A stretch of 64,000 bases of DNA from Gnetum montanum (taxonomy: Eukaryota > Plantae > Gnetophyta). This document shows, piece after piece, positions 54,163-64,000 of the stretch (the stretch's first letter is position 1; the number at the start of each line of letters is the position of its first letter). The stretch covers positions 301,989 through 365,988 of the forward strand of contig MNCI01001083.1 in assembly GCA_015680685.1 (NCBI GenBank). The letters are read 5' to 3'. Under the pieces are notes generated by a model, which was not told the DNA's origin, did not search any database, and saw nothing but the letters and a program-made list of their open reading frames with translations. The position numbers and the translations under genes are program-made.

Positions 54163-56338
54163 TGTTGCAACTAAGAAATTGGATCACTAGAAAATTGAAA
54201 GTCCCAACACAGTAGCCTCAACCCCAAATCCCTAGGGCCTTCAAAAAAATGGAATTCAAGGTGCCCTAGACAGTTTAGTAGATCACCCAGTAGTTAAGGA
54301 GGGCAAAACAAATAACGCAAAAAGAAGAATGTAGATCTGAAAACCAAAAGCAAATACAAATTCCACACAAGACTAAAACTTTAAACTTTATTAAAAAATA
54401 AAGAATAAGTTTGAGGAATGTGAAAAAGAAGTGCTCGTATAAGAGCAGGAGGGTTCACTTGTGTGGGAGTTCAGAGTCTATTGAAGCAGATGTGATCAAC
54501 TCCATGATCCGGATATTTTGCCACTCTCAATGCCATCAAACCTCATTTATTGCTACTCTAGATTTGAAATGTTTGCTACTGCTAGGGGGCTTGAGAAATG
54601 TGAAGAGTTTGGGAAACCAAAGTGGTCTATGTTGGTAGTTGAGGATCTTAGGGGCACAACGTGGATGTCCAAAGTTCACAAATCCCAAGGGGGTAATGAG
54701 GACCACAATGTGATAATGGTTCCACATTGAGGGGGTCTAAGAAGTTGTGTTTTTGCTTGTGTGCAAGAGTTCTCAGATGCCAAGATGCCAATGCTCAAAG
54801 TATGCCAAAGTGTGAAACCTATAAATGGTACTTGGGATTGTTTTTATAGGTTTTGGACCATGAATCTTATTGCAAGTTGGGCTACAAAACTATTGTAAAT
54901 TGGCTGCAAATTTCTACCCTGTTCAAGGGGAGTAGGTATGCAAGTCAAGGGGGGCTATCATATATGGTAAGTGCCATACCCCATGGCCATTCCATTTACT
55001 AAAAATAGTAACAGGGGTACAACATCCACACTAGGGGGACGACATCCATGCTGGGGGGATGACATCCACGTTGGAGGAAAATCTTCCATGCTAGGGGGAT
55101 GGCATCCACACTAGAGGCAAATCTTCAATGTCGAGGGGATGGCATTCACACTAGAAGCAGATCTTTCATGTTGGGGGTATGATGAGTTATACTGCCATGC
55201 ATCCATGCTGAGGGTAGATGAGTTATACCCCCATACCCTCGGTAGGTGAGATATAACCCTCAATTGATAAGTTTATCATAGAAATGTTATAAACCCAACA
55301 CTCCCTATCTCTACAAAACCCATCAAAATGCCAATTTTGGCATCCCAAAAGACATTTTTAGCTTCCCCAAGCCCAAACATAGACATTATATGAATTTTTC
55401 CACTTGGGGGATGAGGCTTTGACCACTTATGAGGCAATTTTCAGCCCCAAAAGTATGAAATATGTGAGATTGCCGCTCATGGGTTTCAACCATCACATTT
55501 ACAATGAAGTTTTGCCTTGGATTTTATGGGATGAAGGCTACATGATCAATGATGGGATGCGATATCACAGTCCACCGCAATGTCTATAAATAAGAAGCCA
55601 CTCTCCCTTGTTCATAATTAGGAGTTAGATTGTAGAGAAGCTCTGGCAGTTTGATCTCTCCAGAGATAGATTATTTTCCCGTGTCTGCCGGCAGTGTGGT
55701 GAATGTAATTGTATGACATCCTTTATTTGAGTATGACGTACTTGGACACGCACATGACCAGCAATAAAGATCGAGATTACTTCATCATTGCAGCATTCAC
55801 TTTGTTATTTATTTATTTGCTATTTACTTCTTTCTTAATTAGTCTCTCACCCTTATCTCTTAGAATGCGGAATGAGTACGACTTGATTACGAGCATTTAA
55901 GTGTGACTACTTGGTAACCCAATGGCGTACCTAGGATCTACGCTTGGTAGTCGTGCACAAAGTCCAAGATGTGTACGGATGATCAAGGAACAGATACTCA
56001 TCGCACTTAGGCTAGATTAGACTCTCTTACCCTTTTCCTCCTAGCTTAGCTTAGTTAATATTACTTTCCACTGCCTTCAGGAGTAGCAGTTAGAATTAGG
56101 AACACATCATACACCTCACTCTAGACTAAACCATATGTGACAAATATAATACTAGTCCAGGTGGGAAGACAGTGAACTGCAACCTAAGGATAACTATCTA
56201 GGTGCCACAACTAGTCCGTCTACGGAGTTCGACTGGATTGCGCGTGAAAACGCTCATATTCATATGGTTGAGTGTTGGGGTACCTCGCCACTCATCAATC
56301 AACTTTGTTACAACATGCAATTTTTGTGGTGTTTAAAT
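54163..56338 (-). repeat. Second, diverged LTR of the Tat/Ogre-like family, split by an Athila-type solo LTR; ~20-bp array at 55020-55250
   Basis: Colinear with 44895-46197 + 52753-52953 (tgttgc..gatcact; cctcaa.cccaaatccctaggg; gtgtgaaacctataaat; tgaggctttgaccacttatg; ttttgtggtgttt). Right end approximate; no TSD resolved. Confidence 0.85.
55550..56297 (+). mobile_element. Solo LTR, Athila-type, 748 bp
   Basis: TGATG...CATCA termini; perfect TSD ATCAA (55545-55549 / 56298-56302); TATA ctataaataag at ~55585; shares motifs with LTR 57279-58209. Confidence 0.93.
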
Positions 56339-57278
56339 GATCCCTCTTTATTGGTGTTTGAAGGATTGACCCAAGAGGCATTGACAAAGAATACAAAACA
56401 CCACCACAAGTTCATTACTAATGTTTCCTCTTCATGCTTGATTCAGTTGTGTCAAACCATGCCAAAGAGTGTTTGCAATGATGGGATAAGGCTATGATGA
56501 GAAAATGGTAATGGAAATGGGGTTATAGGGAAATGATCATGAGAGCTAAAAATGTGTACCATAGTGGACATCATGGAAATGGCACTGACCTATTGGTCAA
56601 TTAGTAAGTTTTATACTTCATGCTTTGAAGTGTGGTTCACTCGGCAAATGCATTTGAGGAACCATCACCTTGCTTTAAGGTTTCTCTAGCCAATAGGATC
56701 CTCCTTTTGGATGTTTAGAGCCATAAGTTTGTTCTTTGGTCTTGATGGATCATCTAGCTTCTTGGAAATTTACATCCTCCACATTTTTTGCAGGTGAAAC
56801 CTTCATATGGTTTCTTTGCCAAGGCTAGTTTTGATTTGATTTTTCCCATTGAGTGAGATGTATTACACTTGATAGAATTAATGGTTTTTCCATTGAATGA
56901 GTTGTGTTACCTTCAATGGACTTACAAGTGAAGCATGATGAAGGGATGCTATATGGTCATAATGCATGACTATTAGCATAGGTTAACATTGATGCTAAAG
57001 ATATGGAAGGTCATTATCAAGCTACGAGGTTGGGTTCAAGATGATAGGATGGTAGGAAAATGGCATAAACACTCTTGACATAGTAGGACAAACTCACCAA
57101 GTCTTGCACATCGAGATCACATGGTAACTTGTTGTTGTGATGAGTTGCACCTCCACAATGACTTCAGGCTTCATCCTACAAGCATAACTTCAAGAGGATA
57201 AGAAAACCAAATAAAGAAAGAACATTGTCTCATTACAATGCACAAGGCCACAAAGATGATAAAACCAAGTTACCCAAG

Positions 57279-58209
57279 TGATGAAGTATCATTAAGTCCT
57301 GCGTCGACTAGGCCACGTATACGCGGTCGTGTCGATGTAGGCCCGTCGATGTGCCTTCCGCATTGATGTGGGCCCATCAACGTAGCCTTCATGCGTCAAT
57401 GTGGCCCCGTTTACATAGCCACCTTTCTCGGCCTATAAATAAGGGGGCCTTCTACCTCATTTAGGAATCTTTCAGTTAGTTGTAGTGAAGCTCTTGCAGT
57501 TTGTTCCTGCAGGAGATAGAATATTTTCCAAGTGCCTGTAGTAGGTGTAAGAAAAGTGATCGGCTCTTTATTCGAGCATTGATGTATCTGAGCCCATTGG
57601 CATAATGGCAATAAAGATGAACTATTCCAGCATTCCTTGCAGCATTTGGACTTAGCTATTTTATGCATTCAGTAGTTTAATGTATTTATGCTTTGTTAGT
57701 TACATGTTAATTAGTTAAGTTTATGTTATTATTATTTTAATTGCAATTGTTCATTCGTAGTTCGTAAAGGCCATAAGTACGACCATCTCGAACATAAATC
57801 AAATACTAGGTAAACCCAGTGACGCTTAACGTCTGGTAGCCCAAAAGTGTTAGGAGATGCTCAGAACATGCTCGGCAGATGAGACCAAATACTTATGCTA
57901 GAAATAGTTAGCATACAAGTTAGGATAATTAGAGATTAGATAATAGTTTATTCCTTACCTTTCATACCTTAAATTAGCTGCCAAGAGATATGCAAAAAGC
58001 TATAAAAATCATTAGCCTTAGTCTCACTTAACCATCGTAAATGGAACATCACAAGAGAGGTTAGGAAGACAATGATTGTTCTAACCCAGAGTTTCACTAG
58101 TTAGAGTCTGGTGTATGTTAAGTACTTACAGTCTACAGAATTCAACCGAGTCGCATGTGAATGCCCGTGATTCGTATGGTTGGGCGTAGGGGTACCTAGC
58201 CGCTCATCA
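57279..58209 (+). repeat. 5' LTR of the Athila-like element, 931 bp
   Basis: TGATGA...TCATCA inverted termini; gtcgatg-type U3 repeats at 57300-57425; TATA cctataaataag at ~57432; aataaa at ~57610. Confidence 0.92.
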
Positions 58210-58210
58210 T

Positions 58211-58228
58211 TGGTGTCGTTGCTGAGGA
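58211..58228 (+). promoter_or_regulatory. Primer-binding site, tRNA-Asp (Athila-type)
   Basis: TGGTGTCGTTGCTGAGGA versus canonical TGGCGCCGTTGCCGGGGA (only C>T and G>A changes), 1 nt after the LTR end. Confidence 0.88.
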
Positions 58229-58356
58229 CTCTTAAGTCTTACATGTGTCATCTAACCTTAGTGAAATTATCATTCAACTCATTGGAATGGACCCAGGATA
58301 GAAATATTTATGCATGCTAGGCGAATTAAAAATAAACATTAAGGTACATCGATTAC

Positions 58357-61300
58357 ATGGACCATCTAACATCCAGCATGTCTTCTCACAGGAGGGAGAT
58401 ATCCACCCCACCGATGCCACAAGAGTGTCAGGTGGTGTACAAGCATCCCGATGAGTACGTCCCTGATTTCATGTTCATCCTACATCAGGATGAACATCTA
58501 CGATGGCGGGACATGGAGGGAAATATTGTACACCCTCCCGACTGATCGACCCCTGCGATGCTATTTCAAAATCTTGGCAGATTGGGCATTTAGAGACTTG
58601 GAGCAGAGTATGTCATGGATGACCATGACTACCAAGACTATCATCCCACTAACGCTAAAAGAGCAAGAGATCAGCAGCAGGTGGAAAAATATGAATAGCT
58701 GAAGGGAAAATAATTTAGTAACCCCTTATTCTCGCAAGGGCTACCAGACGATAGAGATCCCATCTTTCATGACACCCATTTAACCGAACTTCCCTTGGGG
58801 CACCGGGTCCTCCAATCCATGATTCATTCCAAGGATCTAGGTGGCCAAGATTCCCAAGGGGATGGAGGGTCACATAACAAGGATGAACGAGATGGTTAGG
58901 ACCATCATCAGGGTAGAGGGAGAGATCCCTCTCCTTCTTCTCCATCCTCTCGTTCTCCTTCTCCTTCATCCAGCTCAGGCTTTGATCATAACCGAGGTAG
59001 GAGGAAGCAAAAGTATGGGGGCAAAAAGGTTCGAAAGTATCGGAAGAAGAAACATGAGGAAACATGTGAGCCATCACATGATGCTTGCTAGCATGAAAGG
59101 AGGGATAGCCAAAATCATCATAGACATCGTGGTCCTCAACAGGACTATGATTTAGATGAGCCGTTGTTGGCTACCAGGAGTATGCTCTAGATCTCTGAGG
59201 TAGTTCAAATTCCTAGTAGGCACATAAAGGATAGCTGGATCAAGCGCGTTGATATGAACAACATCCCCAGATTTGAAGGGGGATACAATTGTGATCTGCA
59301 GACCCACCTGCATGATGCCTGCACCTTGCAAAACATTGACAATGATTGGCAAAGGCTGAAGCTATTTCCTTGCACACTCATCAAAGAAGCTGAAAGTTGG
59401 TACCGGTCCTTGGAGCTAGAATCAATTAGAAGATGGAGTACGATGCTTGAAATTTTCAATGACAAATATCAAACATACTCCAGAGTGGCGAACCTGAGAC
59501 GGTAAATCCAAGGATGGAAAAAAGGAAATCATGAACCCTTAGATGCCGCCATGAGAAGGTACTACTCGTTGTTGCATCGGTGCCTTGGTCATGGTTACTC
59601 TCAACGGGCACAACTTTGCCACATTATCGATGGGCTTTGTTTTGAAATGCAAAAGACCCTTGGTGTGTATGCCCAAGGGCAACTGTCAGAGCTAAGGGCC
59701 CATCAATTGCAACGCCTCATTGAATAGGTGGCCAAGGAGGAAGGAGAACTTAGAAAAAAGGAGAGTGCAGAAGAATTCAACCAGGATCCTTCCCTTAGAA
59801 AAAGGGAAGTCCATTTTTATGATGAGGAGGAAGAAGCATCGTTGGAAGCAGTGGTAAACCGAAAGACTTTGTCGTTACAAAAGTTCACATCTGAAATTTC
59901 AGCAAAGGTGGATAAGATGTGGAACTCTCTGGATGAAAGGGTCCAAAGCATGTTGAAAATCACAGAGGAGTCTAGAGCACAAGGTAATGACCGCGATTGG
60001 CACAGGAAGAAGGAAGCTGAATGTGCCCAATATAAGGGAAAGGGCAAGGTTGCTGTAGCAAAGAAGGTTGCAGACTCTAACACTAAGGAGGAAGATGAAT
60101 GTGGCATATGCCAATATGAACATCCTAAGGGATGTTGTCCTGTGGTGTCACATCTTCAAGAGTCTAGGGTGTATGCATTAAACCCTCGCTTGGCACAAAG
60201 GCAAACACCCCGACGGTTTCCTTATTCACAAGGCAATTCTAGGCGATTCCATCAACAGCAGCAAGGATACTATCCAAGTGGAGTGCCACCGCAACCGTAT
60301 GAATACTTCCAATAGTGGCAGCACCCACAAACATGGGGGATGCCGCCTCCAAGGTAGCAGTACCCTTACAAACAGCCAGATCCTTATGGGTACTATGTTC
60401 AGCAACCGATCTCTCCAAGGGACTCTTCCAGCCATGCGACCTTTCAAAGTCATTACCACCCCCCAGAGTATTTTTGCCCTCAATCTCCATCACCCCAGGG
60501 AAAAACCCACATCTCTTCTACCCTCCATCACCTTCTCCTACCACTCCTCCATCACATCCCACTTAGCTGCCACCTACACCTCCGATGCAGGGAGAGATAT
60601 CGCCATAGCCACAGCAACGAAATGCTACGAGGGCTATTAACTTACAACTAACACCTCAGCCGAGTGGACCGGAACTCAAACCACGGAAACATCCCTTTTT
60701 CCGGCTCAACACTTTGAACATACCCTCGCATACACATGTGGCCAGTGCCTTTGAATCTACAAGCACCTCCACTATTCCACTGCTAGAGTAGCCTCCAAGC
60801 CAACAATAACAACACTCCAACGTCCATACGGTCATGCTCATGCATGCTATGACCAACTGGATTAAAGCAGGTTACCTTCCCCAGAAATTGACTGATCCGA
60901 GAAGCCCCCTCATTTATCTTCAAGTGGCAGGGAATGAGCCATGCAAAGCTCTTGTAAACTTGGGGTCAGGGATCAATTTGATCTCCCATGATATGTACAA
61001 GAACTGGAACCTGCCCCCACTAAAGAAGAGCAACATTCGGCTCGAGTTGGCAGACCAATCCATCATCGTTCCCTTGGGATTGGTAAAGGACATTGTGACC
61101 ACTATCTGTGGGTGGTCCTACCCTATTAATTTCCTGGTCATCCATGTAGAGAACTGCAAGGGAACTTCCTAATCATCATGGGAAGGGCTTGGTTAAGCAC
61201 AGTGGATGCACGAATAGGCCTCCGCGATCTATCCCTTGAAATTTCCAAGGAAAATCCTTTTGGGAAGATTGAGAAGAAACACATTCCATGAATCGCGTAC

Positions 61301-64000
61301 AATGACTCATTAAGCAGATATCCCTTTAAGCATGCAGCCGGTGTATCGAGGAATCACCTATTCAATAGTGCCTGTATGCAACAGCCACTAACCAAGAAGG
61401 CACCCAGTGGCTGACAACTGATGCTAGCAGCACATTGTGCATGGAACTATTAGAGGGGCTTGTACAAGCCTACATCGACAGCAGAGATAAAATGGAAGAT
61501 ATTCATTAACAGGTCTTCACTGTTGATGACCAAGATGATTGGGGACAGCTAGAAATCCCTAAGAGCTCCAAACAAGAGCCCCTGGAGTTAAAGTCTTTAC
61601 TGGCTGACTTAGAGTATGCATTTTTGCAAAATGGCAAGCCAGTAATCATTAATGCCACCCTTTCTCCAGAACAGAAGAAGAAGTTGCTGGAGGTGATAAA
61701 TAGATGGGTTGCTGCATTCGCATGGTCATATCCTAAGTTGACTGGAGTTGATCCCAAGGTCTGCTAGCATTGGATCTATCTTAACCCTTCCATGAAGCCA
61801 TGACGATAGCCACAAAGATGGTTGAATCCCAAATTGAAGTAGGTTGTAAAAGATGAAATCGAACAGTTGCTAAAGGCGGGATTCATTTATTTTGTCATCG
61901 ATAGTGAATGGGTTAGCCCACTCATTATCGTGCCCAAGAAATGTGGCAAGTGGAGGGTCTGTATTGATTTTCGGTTGCTCAATATGGCAACCTTCAAGGA
62001 CCACTTCCCGCTCCCATTTGTGGACCAGGTGTTGGACACCATAGCTGGGCATCGCTACTACAGCTTTTTGGATGGTTATAGTGGTTATAACCAAATCCAA
62101 ATAGCACCAGAGGACCAGGCCAAAACTACTTTCATGAGTCCATGGGGGACTTTCATATACAAGAAGATGCCCTTTGGCCTGTGCAATGCGCCCACTACGT
62201 TCCAACGCCTTGTCCTAAGCATTTTTCAGCAAAAAATTGGCAATGGTGTAGAAGTCTTCATGGATGACTTCTCCACCTATGGGGCCACGTTCGAGTAAGC
62301 CTTGGACCATCTTGAGTAGGTTCTCAAACATTGTGTAGACACCAATCTGCAGCTCAATTGGCAGAAAAGCCATTTGATGGTCCAAGAAAGCATTGTGTTG
62401 GGGCATTGCATCTCACAAATAGGGATCAACGTAGATCCTAAAAAGATCAGGGTTATCCAAGGAATCACCTACCAACCAAGTATTGTCAAAGATGTTTGAT
62501 CATTCCTTGGACACATTGGTTACTACCGATTATTCATTAAAAACTTCTCGAAGATCGCCAAGCCATTGGTAGAGCTGACAAAGAAGGACGCTTCGTTCAT
62601 CTAGACCAAGGAGTGTGAATCTGCATTCCAAGTGCTTAAATAGAAACTCTACTTCTACGAGCCCTTGATTGGTCTAGACCCTTTCACATTATGAAGAATG
62701 CATCCAACTTCTCCATGGGAGCCGTGCTTACACAGTGTGACAAGCAGAAACATCCTTATTATATCCACTGTGCAAGCCATAGTATTTTGGGTGCTCAATT
62801 GAACTACACCACCACTAAGAAGGAGTTGATGGCAATGGTGTTCACCTTGGATAAATTCTGGCACTATGTGCTCTGATACGAGGTGTTTTTGCATACTGAC
62901 CACAATGCTATCTGGTTCCTGATGAACAAACCAACGGTGAGCCCCCGCATTATCTGGTGGCTAGTGATTCTTCAAGAGTTTGATCTTACCATGGTAGATA
63001 GGAAGAGAATGTGGTCGCTGACCACTTGTCTCGGTTGCGATGGGATGATGCAGAAGAGGAGGAGTCCTTATCCAACCAATTTCTAGATGAACTCCTCTTC
63101 ACAAGCACAGTCGATCCTCAAGCAACCAAGGAATCCCCTTGGTTCAACCGCATCCTCACCTACCTCACAACCCAAGAGCTGCCTAAGGAGTGGAACCATT
63201 GGCAAAAACAGTAGTTTCTCCATAAGGCCAAGCATTTCATGGAAATCAATGGCCACCTTTACAAGGTGTGCATAGATAGCTTGGTTCAATGGTATGTCCC
63301 TAATGATGATACGTTGTGCATCCTTTAGGATGCTCATGAGGTCCCTTGCGGGGGCCACTATGATGGATGCCGCACTGCCATTAAGATCATGCTTACAGGA
63401 TATTACTAGCCCACTGTCTTCATGGATGCACAATGGTTTGCCTGCTCTTGCAAATGTTGCCAGAGGGAAGGTGGGATGACGACACGGTTAGAGGGACCTC
63501 AATAGTGGATCTAGCCACTGGAGCCCTTTGACATTTGGGGCATTGACTTCATGGGACCCGTCACACTCCTATCAAACGAAAAGGCATATATCATCATCGA
63601 TGTGTTCTACTGTATAAAGTGGGCCGAAGCAGTAGCTGTCATCAACTGTTCTTCCAACACCGTCGCATAATTTGTCCAACAAAAAATTGTTAATAGGTTT
63701 GGAGTGCCATGTGCACTCATTTCTGATAATGGAACCGATGCAACGATTAGGGGTAACACATAAATTCACAACTCCCTATCACCCCCAAGCCAACGGGCAA
63801 GCTAAAGTCACCAATAGAGAGATCATCAAGATCCTTACCTGAACCATCAGGAAATACAGGAGGGATTGGAGCACTAAGCTTAACGATGCCCTATGGGCCT
63901 ATCGCTCCACTTGGAAACTTCCTGTAGGGTACTCTCCCTATGAGTTAGTGTACAGAAAGTTGTCAACACTTCCCATTTAGGCTAAACTCCGCACACTATC
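58357..64000 (+). pseudogene. gag-pol: Gypsy gag-pol with stops and frameshifts
   Basis: gag RLKLFPCTLIKEAESWYRSL, CGICQYEHPKGCCP; PR KALVNLGSGINLI (catalytic D>N); RT SEWVSP..KWRVCIDFR..DGYSGYNQI..MPFGLCNAP..FMDDF; RH NASNFSMGAVL..YTTTKKEL..HTDH; INT HEVPCGGHY, FDIWGIDFMGP, YHPQANGQA. Confidence 0.95.

Larger units (their letters stand above)
57279..64000 (+). mobile_element. Athila-like (non-chromovirus) Ty3/Gypsy element, relatively young, continuing off the right edge
   Basis: 5' LTR, tRNA-Asp PBS and gag-PR-RT-RH-INT in Gypsy order. Predicted TSD CCAAG (57274-57278). Confidence 0.93.

Noticed and set aside
44895-56338. LTRs at 44895-52953 and 54163-56338 as the two ends of one element
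   Set aside because: They are clearly diverged, the 1.2 kb between them has no PBS or PPT in the required positions, and no shared TSD is found.
55550-58209. LTRs 55550-56297 and 57279-58209 as one small element
   Set aside because: The first has its own perfect TSD (solo LTR), the second is followed by a PBS and gag, and they differ in length and sequence.
58715-63769. Many minus-strand and alternate-frame ORFs
   Set aside because: They are shadow ORFs of the GC-richer gag-pol and show no independent motifs.

Overview
AT-rich, CpG/CHG-depleted plant nuclear DNA, probably from a seed plant (inferred from the mix of retrotransposon lineages). No intact host gene, rRNA, tRNA or CRISPR array is visible. 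The window is a nest of decayed retroelements, left to right: Tekay-like gag and LTR (1-3.0 kb), a palindromic repeat array (3.2-4.9 kb), a Galadriel-like chromovirus pol with chromodomain (5.7-9.7 kb), a 5'-truncated TAR-like Copia (9.7-15.2 kb), a Bianca-like relic, a full-length Ivana-like Copia (17463-22455), an ancient LTR pair (24.0-29.5 kb), RTE and L1-type LINE fragments (with an assembly duplication at the N at 33879), a possible caulimovirid-like relic (35.0-36.9 kb), a Tat/Ogre-like gag-protease-only element (36.9-52.95 kb), a CRM-like non-autonomous element nested in its LTR (46198-52747, TSD CACCA), a second Tat-family LTR holding an Athila-type solo LTR (55550-56297, TSD ATCAA), and a younger Athila-like element running off the right end (57279-64000). 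The most notable feature is a five-exon, frame-consistent spliced antisense gene inside the Tat/Ogre-like element, which has no RT, RNase H or integrase. All lineage names come from motifs recognised by eye. No database search was run.
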